A DNA stretch of 64,000 bases from an uncultured Fibrobacterota bacterium (GTDB lineage: Bacteria; Fibrobacterota; Chitinivibrionia; Chitinivibrionales; CAYFVL01). The DNA lies in the NCBI GenBank assembly GCA_964419255.1, contig CAYQOU010000013.1, positions 3,684 to 67,683 on the forward strand, read 5' to 3'. Positions 28,203 to 38,820 of the stretch are shown one piece after another. The first letter of the stretch is position 1. The number at the start of each line of letters is the position of its first letter. Under the pieces are notes generated by a model that did no database searches, was not told the DNA's origin, and saw nothing but the letters and a program-made list of their open reading frames with translations. The translations under genes were made by a program, and so were the position numbers.

Positions 28203-29696
28203 TCACTCTTCGCTCAATGCTTCTGCAGGTATTTTCTTTCTTCGGACAAGAGCATGCACCTTCTTTTTCGCCAAAGCAAGCTCTTCTCGAGTCACTACTC
28301 CTGAGAAAACAACCGTCGCAACGTATGCAAGGAAAATCAGCGATCTCACCCCGATACTGAGAAAGAGTTTTCGGGGGGCGAAAAATTCTGCGGCAGCATA
28401 GGCCAGACCTGCAAAACCAAATACTTTGAATACATGTAGCATTCTAAAATTTATGGGATACATCTTCTGAGCAAAAAGATAATTGAGCACAACGGTTATA
28501 AGGTAGGATGCGTTTAGAGAGATCAATGCACCCCAAATCTTGTATCTGGCGATAAGCAGGAAATTAAGCCCTATATTTACTGCGCCTGCTATAGCATTGA
28601 TCAGCGTGATTATTTTTGTCTTCTTCCGGATCATTATACCGGTTTCGAAATGGTATTTGATACCGAAGATGATCATCCCCAGAGCATACAAGGGTACAAA
28701 TTCTGAAGCAGCATGGAACTTTTCATCCGTCATGATTCGTACAATATCTCTTGCAAAGATAGACAGTCCCAGCCCAGCCGTACCCACGGTCAATATATAA
28801 TAACGCAAAACAGTTGCATACACCTCTTTGGCATTATCCTGCTTCATGATGGCAAAACGGTGCGGCAGGTAACTGGCCAGAAATGGAGCAGTCATGAGGA
28901 TATGAAGTGATGTGCCAATTCTTTGTGCCAAGGTGTATAAGCCGGTCAGAAGCGGAGTAAAGTAGAAATTAATAAAGAACTTATCCGACTGATTCACCAG
29001 CACCCGCGGAATATTGGAGAAAATAAGCGGATAGGCAAACAGCATCATCTCCTTTGCCACCTGGCGGGAAAAGGCCACACCGGTGGTAAACAGAATGGGA
29101 ACAGTCAGTAAAATTGAAAATGTCGCCTTGGTGATCAGAGACGAATAGAATATTCCGATAACACCGGTTTTATACACAACCACAAACAGTATGTTAAAAG
29201 ATATCAGCATCAAAAGCCGCGTGAAAGAAACTATGACGTATCTTGTCGATGCGGCTTTTATTCTCATATAGGCAAGTCCAATCTCTACGTTAAGTTCAAA
29301 TACCATTGCCGCAGAACCGACCATGAAAATGTTGGTATACCGCCGTGTATCGAAAATCAACAACGACAGCTGTTCTGAAGACAGAAACAATAGAATTAGC
29401 CCAACTGCCGAAAAACCAAATGAGAGAAGATAGGAGGTCGAAATCACTTTCTTGCGTTTTTCTTCATCATCCTTGTCGTAGTAAAAACGTGCCATAGCGG
29501 CACTTACCCCCAGGCCCAGGACGATACCGATCAGCTCCATCGATATGTTTACAAGCGACATAATACCGTAGTCACTCGGTGAAAGATACCGGGTATACAC
29601 AGGCAGTAACATAAAAGATGCAGCCTGGCTGACTATCGCCCCAATACCGTAAATACTTGTATGCTTCAGAAGAAACTTAAATTCTTTTATTTCCAA
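28203..29696 (-). CDS. wzx: Polysaccharide/oligosaccharide flippase (MOP superfamily, Wzx-like)
   Basis: 497-aa ORF with ~12-14 predicted TM segments in an AT-rich gene. The N-terminus LLKHTSIYGIGAIVSQAASFMLLPVYTRYLSPSDYG is typical of Wzx/PST flippases. Confidence 0.75.
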   Translation of the reverse strand: MEIKEFKFLLKHTSIYGIGAIVSQAASFMLLPVYTRYLSPSDYGIMSLVNISMELIGIVLGLGVSAAMARFYYDKDDEEKRKKVISTSYLLSFGFSAVGLILLFLSSEQLSLLIFDTRRYTNIFMVGSAAMVFELNVEIGLAYMRIKAASTRYVIVSFTRLLMLISFNILFVVVYKTGVIGIFYSSLITKATFSILLTVPILFTTGVAFSRQVAKEMMLFAYPLIFSNIPRVLVNQSDKFFINFYFTPLLTGLYTLAQRIGTSLHILMTAPFLASYLPHRFAIMKQDNAKEVYATVLRYYILTVGTAGLGLSIFARDIVRIMTDEKFHAASEFVPLYALGMIIFGIKYHFETGIMIRKKTKIITLINAIAGAVNIGLNFLLIARYKIWGALISLNASYLITVVLNYLFAQKMYPINFRMLHVFKVFGFAGLAYAAAEFFAPRKLFLSIGVRSLIFLAYVATVVFSGVVTREELALAKKKVHALVRRKKIPAEALSEE

Positions 29697-29717
29697 GGTT
29701 TTCTGTCCTTTTCATCC

Positions 29718-30881
29718 TCACCCTTTCCGGGGCTGCCAGGTTACCATTCGCTTTCCTCTGAGAAACTTGAAGAATGCGGATGTCGAGGCCACGTTAAGCA
29801 GTACGAAATAGTATGGAAAGCTGAGGATAGCCGATTTCAGACCGATTTTCCCAGCCTGCGGAGTAAAGAAAAAATTGAGATACATCAGGTTTTGCAGCGC
29901 AAACATAAACACGTAAACAGTGCCGAAAGGCAGAAGAAAACAGTTAGCACCGTATGCAATGAAAAGAAATGCGAACGTCAGATAGCGCAGAATTTTGTGA
30001 GACCACAGCTGCCAGGAAAACAGCGGCCTTCTAAACGGCAAAAGAAGCTGCCGCATGTCCAGCAATCCCCAGAATGCCCGCAGCGCAACCCGTACCCTCA
30101 TGCGGTACTCATCATTCGACTCATTAAGGCTGTGCTCATAAAGGAGGGCCTCGGGCTCATACACCACCCGATAACCCTGCCTCACCACCTGCAGCGGCTG
30201 GACAAAATCGGGAAGCTGATCGGCGCGCATGGGTATATATAGATCTCTGCGCATCGCATCAACTCCGCCATCCACCCCCACAATGGATCCGATTTTTGAT
30301 TCCTGACTCCGGAGAAAATTTTCGTATTTCATGTAGGCTGAACACCCATCGCCTATTGGCTGTCCCTGCGCATTTACATATATCATTTTACCGGTAACGT
30401 ATCCAACGGATGGATCGTAAAAATTTGCTGTCAGTTTCTTCAGGCAATCGGAAGCATGAATAGAATTTGCGTCTGAAAACATTATTATTTCCCCATGCGC
30501 ATCTTTCATTGCCCTGTTGACGGCAAGCGTCTTTCCCCCTCGTTTCCTTTGACGGATCAGACGCACGCCCTGATTCTCAAATGAGGCGACAATCTCATCG
30601 GTACGGTCCGAAGAGCAGTCGGACACCACTATTATCTCCTTCTTTTCAGCCGGATATTGCAGATTGAGCTTGTTTTCAAGAGTCTCGGAAATGCAATCCT
30701 CCTCATTATATGCTGCTATTATGATAGTTACATCGGGCACATATTCGCCGCTTTTCTTTATATTTCTTCTGAGAACCTTGGCCAGAAAATACACGATAAG
30801 GGGATAGCCTGCAAAAATATAGAAAACAAAAGCAAACGCAATCACTACCATCAAAACCAATGCAAGTTCACTCAATACCAT
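29718..30881 (-). CDS. Family 2 glycosyltransferase with flanking TM segments
   Basis: 387-aa ORF. It carries VTIIIAAYNEEDCI, a DxD-like VVSDCSSD and an FSDANS motif, with C-terminal TM helices. Confidence 0.8.
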   Translation of the reverse strand: MVLSELALVLMVVIAFAFVFYIFAGYPLIVYFLAKVLRRNIKKSGEYVPDVTIIIAAYNEEDCISETLENKLNLQYPAEKKEIIVVSDCSSDRTDEIVASFENQGVRLIRQRKRGGKTLAVNRAMKDAHGEIIMFSDANSIHASDCLKKLTANFYDPSVGYVTGKMIYVNAQGQPIGDGCSAYMKYENFLRSQESKIGSIVGVDGGVDAMRRDLYIPMRADQLPDFVQPLQVVRQGYRVVYEPEALLYEHSLNESNDEYRMRVRVALRAFWGLLDMRQLLLPFRRPLFSWQLWSHKILRYLTFAFLFIAYGANCFLLPFGTVYVFMFALQNLMYLNFFFTPQAGKIGLKSAILSFPYYFVLLNVASTSAFFKFLRGKRMVTWQPRKG

Positions 30882-32043
30882 TTAGACTCCCCCTTTTCTT
30901 AAGAACACCACTTGCATTTGACGATGAGGCCAAAATATGCCTGTATACAGACTCATATTCTTTAAACATTGCCTCAGTGGAATACTTTTGCTTTACAACA
31001 TCGTAAGCTGCACGGGCAACACCCTGTGCCTCCGACTCGTGTTGGCAAACATATTCGATCATCCGGGCGGTATGTTCTGGATCATCACCTCGAATAATAA
31101 AGCCGGTTTTTCCATGGGAGATTATTTGTGGAATATTACCCACAGCCGTGGTGATTATCGGCGTCCCGGATGCCACAGCCTCAAGAAAGGACATCGGCAG
31201 CCCCTCATCCCTTGATGTCAAGATGAAAGCATCGGATGCATGAAGTAGTCCGTCGATATCTTTTCGAAAACCGGGCAGATGGACACGAGCAGATAGATTT
31301 TTTTCTTCAATTTGTCTCTCCAAATCGAAGCGCAACTCCCCTTCACCCACAATAAAAAACCGATATTTTTTCCCGGTCTTCTGCAGTAAATCCGCCGCTT
31401 CTATTATTACAGCCTGATTTTTCTGCACGTTTAGCCTCCCGACGGTTGTCACCACAAATTCACCCGGTTTCACCCCCAACGCTTTGCGAACCGACTTACG
31501 CTTTGCCGCACCGCCCTCGGTATATTTTTCCACGAATATTCCATTCCCAATTACCCTGATTCTTTCCTCCGGTACCCCTTTGCTGATCAGTTGGTTTTTG
31601 ATCGGTTCGGAAACCGATACAACCACTGGAAAAAACCGATACAGAAACATTTCTATTGCAGTCATCACGTGATATTTAAATGGCCTGCCGTCTCGAAACC
31701 ACAGATGACAGGTGGCCATCACCGAAATACCGGTCATTTTCCGAAAGACATAACCGTAAATGGACGGCTTATAGCCATGGGAATGAATGATATCGATGCG
31801 CTTCTCACGCAGCCTTTTGGCTGCAGCCGGCATATCGGTGTGAACCCTGCCGTTGCGAATCACCAACTTTTCTGATTCGATACCCATCTCGCATGCTCTG
31901 TCAAAAAGATCGCTCTTCTCCAGCGGACTCTGAACGATGCAGCCAATAACCGGTTTGAAAGCGGAGTTTTTTTTCATCTGTTCTGAGAGATTCAGAAGCA
32001 CCCATTCAGCTCCATACACCCCTTCACTCTCTATAAGATGCAT
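30868..32043 (-). CDS. Family 4 (GT-B) glycosyltransferase
   Basis: The C-terminal EX7E-type region is FILTSRDEGLPMSFLEAVASGTPIITTAVGNIPQII. I prefer the ATG at 32043, 5 nt after the upstream stop, over the track start at 32097. Confidence 0.8.
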   Translation of the reverse strand: MHLIESEGVYGAEWVLLNLSEQMKKNSAFKPVIGCIVQSPLEKSDLFDRACEMGIESEKLVIRNGRVHTDMPAAAKRLREKRIDIIHSHGYKPSIYGYVFRKMTGISVMATCHLWFRDGRPFKYHVMTAIEMFLYRFFPVVVSVSEPIKNQLISKGVPEERIRVIGNGIFVEKYTEGGAAKRKSVRKALGVKPGEFVVTTVGRLNVQKNQAVIIEAADLLQKTGKKYRFFIVGEGELRFDLERQIEEKNLSARVHLPGFRKDIDGLLHASDAFILTSRDEGLPMSFLEAVASGTPIITTAVGNIPQIISHGKTGFIIRGDDPEHTARMIEYVCQHESEAQGVARAAYDVVKQKYSTEAMFKEYESVYRHILASSSNASGVLKKRGSLNGIE

Positions 32044-32048
32044 GACAG

Positions 32049-33437
32049 TTACATGTTCCACAGCTGCTCCTTTTCCCCGGATTTTGCGATTTTGCATATA
32101 GAAAAGCGATATTTTCCTGACGGTTCTGGCTGTATTTCGTCGATCAGCCGCAGTTCAACCGTTGCCTTTTCATTGAAGAGATCGTTAAAATAGCCGATAA
32201 GCAGAGTCTGTGTGTCCCGATTATATCCTTTTCCGGGTACCACATTAAGTACCAGCGAATCCAAAGATTCCTGAACTATCTGCATCTGATCGATTCCCGC
32301 GAATTTGGTCAGGGTGTTTTCAATCAGAGATATCCCCGCGACCCGTGAACCGTCATGCCGTATGAGAAAATCTGCCAAACGACCAGTCACGTTTTGCATC
32401 AGAGGAAGCCCTCTACCACAGCTGCAGAATCGATCTATCGGCACCCCCATATCCTCTACCTGATACCTGACAAAGGGCATCGCACGGTTTATCAAATCGG
32501 TCACAATGACTCTCCCGCTCTCACCAGGTTTTGCAGCAGAGCCATCCTCCCGTAGAAATTCCACATACAGATGTTCGATATTCAGATGCATACCCTCATG
32601 CCGCTCGCATTCGGATGCGATCAGACTCACCTCTTCACATCCATATCGGTCGTACACCTCGGCATCAAACGATCTTTCTATTTGAGCCCGTTCATGAGGC
32701 ATCAACATCATGGATGTAGATATCACACCCCGGGGGCGGATATCGTCTATTCCAAGCGTCTCCGCCATCTGCGCAAGAAGATACAATGAATGGGCATGGC
32801 CGAAAAGCAGCGTCGGCCGACTCTTTCGCCATTCGGCGGCAAATTTCTTCACCGATTCACCGGTTAACTCCATGGTGTCAAGGTAGATGGTCGGCTGCAA
32901 CAGAAAATGACGCGCCTTTTCTTTCAATGTCCGCGGAATATGAGGGTTTCCCCACACCGCACCAACCGGCTCTCCGAATCGCCAGCCGGCCCACTGATCG
33001 TGTCTGCGGGCTACCGCATTTCGCATCTCACTGCATTCTTCGGTGATCATAATATCCAGAGACTTTCCGGTCGATCCACCGGTCTTGAAATGTTTAAGAT
33101 CTGTGGATTTATAGCCATCGGATATGATCTTTTCGATATTGTCCCGTATATCATTTTTTGTCAGTATTGGCAAACGAGAAAATTCGTCCGGTGTCTTTAT
33201 ATCCTGGGGATTCATACCGCTTTTGACCATACGCGAACGGTAAAAGGAGTTGTTTTCGTAGATAAATTGAACCATCTCATTTACTCGCTTCCACTGCAAG
33301 CGGTATAGCTCCTCCGGCGAAAGATACTGTGTTTTTTCCACCTCCCGCCAGTAGCGGCTCTTTGGGCTACCGGTTACCATTCCGATAAGCGGGTCAGCCA
33401 GTTTTCTTCTTATTGCTGCGACTGTGGATACTGCCAT
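32049..33437 (-). CDS. Adenylate-forming enzyme of the phenylacetate-CoA ligase / F390 synthetase (CapK-like) family
   Basis: 462-aa ORF. It shows FYRSRMVKSGMNPQDIKTPDEFSRLPILTKNDIRDN and KTGGSTGKSL (AMP-binding P-loop-like), the layout seen in PaaK-like proteins of capsule loci. Confidence 0.7.
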   Translation of the reverse strand: MAVSTVAAIRRKLADPLIGMVTGSPKSRYWREVEKTQYLSPEELYRLQWKRVNEMVQFIYENNSFYRSRMVKSGMNPQDIKTPDEFSRLPILTKNDIRDNIEKIISDGYKSTDLKHFKTGGSTGKSLDIMITEECSEMRNAVARRHDQWAGWRFGEPVGAVWGNPHIPRTLKEKARHFLLQPTIYLDTMELTGESVKKFAAEWRKSRPTLLFGHAHSLYLLAQMAETLGIDDIRPRGVISTSMMLMPHERAQIERSFDAEVYDRYGCEEVSLIASECERHEGMHLNIEHLYVEFLREDGSAAKPGESGRVIVTDLINRAMPFVRYQVEDMGVPIDRFCSCGRGLPLMQNVTGRLADFLIRHDGSRVAGISLIENTLTKFAGIDQMQIVQESLDSLVLNVVPGKGYNRDTQTLLIGYFNDLFNEKATVELRLIDEIQPEPSGKYRFSICKIAKSGEKEQLWNM

Positions 33438-35551
33438 ACGTAACGCGCTCCTCTGTTTCTTTTTTCCATAAACGACTCGTAATAGCTGTCCAACTCAGCC
33501 ATGGACTTTTCCCAGGAGAAGTTTTGCATTACATACTCTCGGGAGTTTCCCCCCAATGTAATACGAAGGTCTTTATCATTGATAAGGTGGTATAACGACC
33601 GTATCATCTGCTCCGTGTTTCCCACCTCAACCAGATTTCCACGGTTTTCATCGATCAGCTCGGTATTTCCTCCGACATCTGTGGCTATAACAGGCAAACC
33701 ATATGCCATGTACTCAAGAACGGCATTTGATAAGCCTTCTCTTTCCGAACAATTAACACCAATATCCAGGTGCTTTAGATAAGCCGGGACATTATCAACC
33801 GCTCCCGTAAACGTAATATGATTCTGTAAACTGAGTTTCGCACAAAGAAATTCCAGATCCTTTCTCAACACACCATCTCCTATGATATATCCATGTATTT
33901 CAGTCTGGGGATTTTCCCTGAGAAGTCCGGCAACAGCTTCCATGAAGATATCGACCCGCTTCACCGGTGTGAGACTTGCCACAATTCCTATTCGTACACT
34001 GCCACTGTTATCGACCAATTCAGCAGGGACCTGCTCTTGTCCATGGTCTACCTGAATGCCGTTATAAATCACCTTGACTTTGTCTTTCGGCACATTTTCC
34101 TTCTGAATGACAAATGCAGCCACCTGTTTGCTGTTAGTTAATACGCCATCATAATATTTATTTACTATAGGATAGAGAAGTCTGTAGATATGATGATACC
34201 AGGGACGCTTCTTGTCCAGTCCTATATCGCGACGACTCGCCAAGAGCACAGGTGTCGGGGACAGAAATCGTAATGAAAGAAAGGCAAATATCCTGGAATC
34301 CTCAAAAAAGGACTGCACAATATCGATATCGTAGTTTCGCACGATATTTCGTAAGGAACCGATGACCGAAAGAATGTTTATTTTCATAAATCCCCTGTAA
34401 CCAAGCACCTCAGTGTCACAGGGCAGGTTATGCCTGCTCATCCATGGAGAATGCCACAAACAGATTAGAAGTGGCGTGTACCTCGCTGGATCCAGACGTC
34501 GTATTGTTTCAAGAAGCTGTCTCTGTGTTCCTTCGGTATCGCAACGGATTGTATCTATTACAAATGCGATGTGTATAGTCGATTTTCTTTTTACAGGTTT
34601 TCGACCAGGAAACACCACGCTGCCTCTGAAATTGTTCAGAAAACCTGTACGATCGAGAGATGCTATACCGTTTTTGGCCAGCCCCTTCAGTGAAGGCACC
34701 GTAAAGGAAGGATATCTGATAGCTTTCAGGAAAAATAACGTTGAGCGTTTTCTGTCCTGCAAAGTTAACTGCCGTGCTCGATTGTAATAGGTAAAACCTT
34801 GAGATTTTCTGATAACTGCGGCAGATACGCTGTCGGGATTGTGCAGGAGAAATTTCTGCATAATCAAATCGGAGCATCTGTGACGCAAAGCTATGTTGCC
34901 GGACATCTGATTACTATGACCAACACGATAAAGCAGCAGAGGCTCCCTTACATAATCAAACTTATACTTTGTGGACATTCGCAACCACAAATCCCAGTCA
35001 ATTCCCATCGGAATTGATTTATCAAACCCACCGACATCATCAAGACACCTTTTTCGAACAATTGATGAGGAGAAAGGTACAAAATTGCGCAGAAACAGTT
35101 TATCGGTAATTTTACCCCGATATGGCCCAAGAAAAAATCCCTCCTGCCTTCTCTTACAGACTCTTCCCTTATAATCTATAAAACGCAGGGGAGAGTATAC
35201 GACACCGATCGTTTCATCTTTAAACAGCGGCAGCTGACGTTCGAGCTTGGTTTCCTCCCATCGGTCATCGGCATCGATAAATGCCACAAACTTTCCCCTG
35301 GAAAGCGCAATTCCCAGGTTTTTACTGTAGGCCTGCCCCCTGTTGTTTTGACAAATGTAACGAATACGGCTGTCGGGTAAAAAAGACCGTATCTCATCAT
35401 CGGACCGGTCGGTAGAGCCATCATTTATGACAATGACCTCGAAGTGTTTGTGGGTCTGACCGAGAACGGACTTTATCGCATCTTTAACAAAATTCTCGTA
35501 ATTATAACATGTCAGTACAACGCTGACAAAGTCTGTATGCTCCATATCCAA
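33410..35551 (-). CDS. Bifunctional glycosyltransferase: N-terminal GT2 fused to C-terminal GT4
   Basis: 713-aa ORF. The N-terminus is GT2 (VSVVLTCYNYENFVKDAIKSVLGQTHKHFEVIVINDGSTD...IDADD). The C-terminus is GT-B (CSEREGLSNAVLEYMAYGLPVIATDVGGNTELI). Confidence 0.8.
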   Translation of the reverse strand: MDMEHTDFVSVVLTCYNYENFVKDAIKSVLGQTHKHFEVIVINDGSTDRSDDEIRSFLPDSRIRYICQNNRGQAYSKNLGIALSRGKFVAFIDADDRWEETKLERQLPLFKDETIGVVYSPLRFIDYKGRVCKRRQEGFFLGPYRGKITDKLFLRNFVPFSSSIVRKRCLDDVGGFDKSIPMGIDWDLWLRMSTKYKFDYVREPLLLYRVGHSNQMSGNIALRHRCSDLIMQKFLLHNPDSVSAAVIRKSQGFTYYNRARQLTLQDRKRSTLFFLKAIRYPSFTVPSLKGLAKNGIASLDRTGFLNNFRGSVVFPGRKPVKRKSTIHIAFVIDTIRCDTEGTQRQLLETIRRLDPARYTPLLICLWHSPWMSRHNLPCDTEVLGYRGFMKINILSVIGSLRNIVRNYDIDIVQSFFEDSRIFAFLSLRFLSPTPVLLASRRDIGLDKKRPWYHHIYRLLYPIVNKYYDGVLTNSKQVAAFVIQKENVPKDKVKVIYNGIQVDHGQEQVPAELVDNSGSVRIGIVASLTPVKRVDIFMEAVAGLLRENPQTEIHGYIIGDGVLRKDLEFLCAKLSLQNHITFTGAVDNVPAYLKHLDIGVNCSEREGLSNAVLEYMAYGLPVIATDVGGNTELIDENRGNLVEVGNTEQMIRSLYHLINDKDLRITLGGNSREYVMQNFSWEKSMAELDSYYESFMEKRNRGARYVWQYPQSQQ

Positions 35552-35588
35552 CTACCTGCCTATATGTCAACTCTACTCAACCACTCAC

Positions 35589-36812
35589 CTACACACTTTC
35601 AGCCATTGTGCTTTTCTGCCCACGCCTTGCCTGATTCATCATCCTTTGGATCTCATCGATAAGCCGCGAAGAATCGACGCTCCAGTTGAAATACTGTTGT
35701 ATGGCCCGTTTTCCGGCCGGCGCATCGGTGGGCCTATGCTCTGTAATGACAGATACAATCAAACGCGCCAGATCATCGCTATCGCCGGCCCTAAACAGAT
35801 ATCCATCACCGATCTGCTCAATCAGGCGTCTCATCGGTTTTGCATCCGAGCAGATAATCGATTTATTTAACGAAAAAAAATCGAAAAACTTATTGGCGAT
35901 GGTATGGTTTATGTGATCGGTGGCGTGGAAAGGGAGAATGCCAATATCACAGGAGGCGATGTAGCGGGGAAGCCGGGTGTGATCTAACCAGCCGGCGAAA
36001 AACACATGATTTTCAAGGCCCGCTTGACTGACCAACCTGCGAAGCGCCTGCTCAGATTTTCCACTTCCTGCTATGACAAGTGCCAGATGCGGGACCTTTT
36101 TGACTGCACTTTTCACCGCCTCTATTGCAACCTCCAGTCCCCTTCCTCCGATCAGAAATCCCACATATAGAACAACAAATCGTCCCCTGAGCGATTCCAT
36201 CAACTGTGGCGATTTGCCTTGGTCAAAAGAGAGCTCTTCCAGAACAGGGGTATTGTGCACAATGACGACCCGATCTTCAGATGCTCCCCTGTAAATAAGC
36301 CTGTCGGCAGCTTCCTGACAAACAACAATAATTCTGTCGGCCAGCCGGATGGAAGCCCACTCCAAAGCCAGAGCAAAAGGTATATTTCGAATGAGAAGGT
36401 GGTGAAGCCTGAAAGGCTCATGCATCCGGCGCTGCTTAAGAGTCAGCGGGTAGGGCTCGGCCATATCGATAATAACCGGTATGCGTAGAAATCTACCAAC
36501 AGTGATTCCGGCCACAGCAAGAGGCAGATCTCGAACTATTATCAGATCATAACCGCGGGCATTCTTCCAAATAGTAAAAAGCCATACCGGATTGAAAAAA
36601 AGAGTTATATTTAACATCCCGTTTAAAAGTCTGCTCGCCGATGAGACCACACGCCGTAACTCTATTCCGTTATAGCTGTCCTCTTTGGGTTGTCTGTGAA
36701 GGTTTCTGGCAACGATCCTTACCGAATTTCCCCCTCTTGTAAACGTCCGGGCCAGCTTTTCTACTCTGATATCCCAGGGAAACTCACAATCATACACAAT
36801 CACGATACGCAT
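35589..36812 (-). CDS. Family 4 (GT-B) glycosyltransferase
   Basis: 407-aa ORF with a GT-B layout. The C-terminal region DIGILPFHATDHINHTIANKFFDFFSLNKSIICSD resembles a retaining GT4 nucleotide-binding site. Confidence 0.7.
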   Translation of the reverse strand: MRIVIVYDCEFPWDIRVEKLARTFTRGGNSVRIVARNLHRQPKEDSYNGIELRRVVSSASRLLNGMLNITLFFNPVWLFTIWKNARGYDLIIVRDLPLAVAGITVGRFLRIPVIIDMAEPYPLTLKQRRMHEPFRLHHLLIRNIPFALALEWASIRLADRIIVVCQEAADRLIYRGASEDRVVIVHNTPVLEELSFDQGKSPQLMESLRGRFVVLYVGFLIGGRGLEVAIEAVKSAVKKVPHLALVIAGSGKSEQALRRLVSQAGLENHVFFAGWLDHTRLPRYIASCDIGILPFHATDHINHTIANKFFDFFSLNKSIICSDAKPMRRLIEQIGDGYLFRAGDSDDLARLIVSVITEHRPTDAPAGKRAIQQYFNWSVDSSRLIDEIQRMMNQARRGQKSTMAESV

Positions 36813-36935
36813 ATTTCTCCCTTACACTTCTAAATCCGCGTCGGATCCGGAGAGTAAACAATCAAAGATCAGACAATTATTAAACAAAAACTCATGGACA
36901 CATTATACGACAATAAATGATTTCTCTCTCCACCT

Positions 36936-36975
36936 CTCCGCATTCCGTTCCGCTAAAGCGGGAGGGAATACGGAG
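36936..36975 (-). other. Intercistronic stem-loop between the Wzy-like gene and the GT4 gene
   Basis: CTCCGCATTCC (36936-36946) pairs with GGAATACGGAG (36965-36975) with one mismatch (G-U on the minus-strand RNA). An inner CCGC/GCGG pair extends the stem. No U-tract follows in the direction of transcription, so it is not a canonical terminator. Confidence 0.3.
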
Positions 36976-36995
36976 AAGAGATCTCAGAAAAAAAT

Positions 36996-38384
36996 TTATA
37001 CTGGTGCTTCTGCTTCTCCGGACTGAGTTTCATGATCAGTCTCTTCGACAAAATCGATTGTTCGCATCTCGGCAACCTCTCGCATTTTGTATAATGCAAT
37101 AGCGGATCCGGCGGCAAACCACCAGTATATCTCATATAGATCCATCCCAAACATCCCCAACGCAAGCCGTACGATGACAAAAGTCACAATTGCAGAGCTT
37201 ACCGCCTTCATGAAACGAAGGTCCCTCACATGAGCATGGAACCGGTAAAAAGAATCATCCTTCCATACCCTGCTTTCGTTTGAGTATAGGTCCTCAAGCT
37301 GCTCTTTGAACGATCGATAGTTTGCCACCAGCGTCAAGATCAGTGCTCCGATAAAGAGCATAAAGGCAATAAAGCCTTGCACACCCAGATTCGTGGCCAC
37401 CTCCAGGTATAGATTGTGGGTGTCCTGTATGCGGTTAAACATCTGTTGACGTACGTAGGGAAATGCCCCTACTCCCACTCCCGCCGGATGCTCCATAAAA
37501 ACCTGCCAGGCATCTTTGAGTATCTGAATACGGGTTTGCGCTGAGCTTCCCTCTGCCTCCTGGAGCGTAAAGATAGACATGAATCTCTGCCTGTATTCCA
37601 CAGGTGTAAACACAACCGCCCCCACCAGAATTGGAATGGTCGCCGCTGCCCACAGTTTCTTTTTCTTCGAACGGAAAAACAGAAGGATAAGAAATATCGC
37701 CAGAGCTACATACCCCGTTCGCGATCCGGTAAAGACGATAATATTCACCGTAAACACCGCCATGACCAGCAGGCCGATTTTAGCCATTCTGCTTACTACT
37801 GGAAACAGGTAGTAGATAAACGGAAGTGTTCCCACCGCCAGTCCAGAAAACGAGTTTGGATGATGATACAGTGACGTGCTTCCGTGAAGCCGTAATATAC
37901 CCTGGTTCTCCCACATCATCCCCCCCGTAAGCACTCCGTAGATACCCTCCTGGCCCATCTTGGCCCACGCCAGCATGAAGGAAAGTACAAACAGACGAAG
38001 ATCGCGGGGGCTCTTGACAAAGGTGGCAATGAATACCCCCATGAATCCAAATTTGACTACTCTGTTAAAGAAAATATCCATCGAGTGATCGGCATCGTGT
38101 GATAGGGGTATCTGAACAATTACCATCGCCAGATACAAAAGGATAAACTTCACCAGTGGTGAATCAAATGGGACACCGAGAAACGGCATTATAGCAATGA
38201 GGATCAATCCATAAATAAACTCCAGCCGGATTGAGCCCAGCGCGGGCCATCTCTCTCCCATCTGCAGATACCAGATAAGCACATAGCAGCAGAACATGAG
38301 AATCAGAACCAGGGGAACGTGTTTATATTGAGGAAAGTCGCGTTGTCCCGAACTCTTCAGCTGCATTTGATCTGTCTGTTGCAT
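36996..38384 (-). CDS. O-antigen polymerase/ligase-like (Wzy_C domain) polytopic membrane protein
   Basis: 462-aa ORF with ~10-12 TM segments. It has the FTGSRTGYVALAIF motif and a large loop typical of the Wzy/WaaL family. Confidence 0.7.
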   Translation of the reverse strand: MQQTDQMQLKSSGQRDFPQYKHVPLVLILMFCCYVLIWYLQMGERWPALGSIRLEFIYGLILIAIMPFLGVPFDSPLVKFILLYLAMVIVQIPLSHDADHSMDIFFNRVVKFGFMGVFIATFVKSPRDLRLFVLSFMLAWAKMGQEGIYGVLTGGMMWENQGILRLHGSTSLYHHPNSFSGLAVGTLPFIYYLFPVVSRMAKIGLLVMAVFTVNIIVFTGSRTGYVALAIFLILLFFRSKKKKLWAAATIPILVGAVVFTPVEYRQRFMSIFTLQEAEGSSAQTRIQILKDAWQVFMEHPAGVGVGAFPYVRQQMFNRIQDTHNLYLEVATNLGVQGFIAFMLFIGALILTLVANYRSFKEQLEDLYSNESRVWKDDSFYRFHAHVRDLRFMKAVSSAIVTFVIVRLALGMFGMDLYEIYWWFAAGSAIALYKMREVAEMRTIDFVEETDHETQSGEAEAPV

Positions 38385-38605
38385 ATGAGACCCGTCAATT
38401 GAGGTTTCCCCACCATATTTGCCATACCTGTTGAAAACAATGCAATAAGCGTTCCATTACCAGATGGCCCCGTCAACCTCGCAAAGTACTTCGAAAACGG
38501 AAAATTCAACGGCTTAAATCAGGCAAAAGCGAAATAAAAACAACGCGTAGGCAGCTATTATGTTAATAAAGCATCTCTTTTTTGCTCATCGCTTGTCATG
38601 AATCG

Positions 38606-38636
38606 GAGTACGGGATCGGCGCAGGATCCGGTACTC
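38606..38636. promoter_or_regulatory. Inverted repeat in a divergent promoter region (possible operator or hairpin)
   Basis: GAGTACGGGATC (38606-38617) and GGATCCGGTACTC (38624-36) are complementary apart from one position. The repeat lies between the divergent Wzy-like and deacetylase genes. Confidence 0.2.
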
Positions 38637-38820
38637 TCATGCAGTGGGAATCTGGTATGGTCTCGGCCTATATGTAGGGATCTTTTTTTGAGAATACACT
38701 TTAGAGCAGAATGGATTTTTGCATCCTTGTTGGATACAAAAAAACGGAATACAGGCATTATGTTTGCTTTTGTTAAAAGTGAAAAGATGAAAAAGACAAC
38801 ATGCCGGAAAGGGGGGGGTA

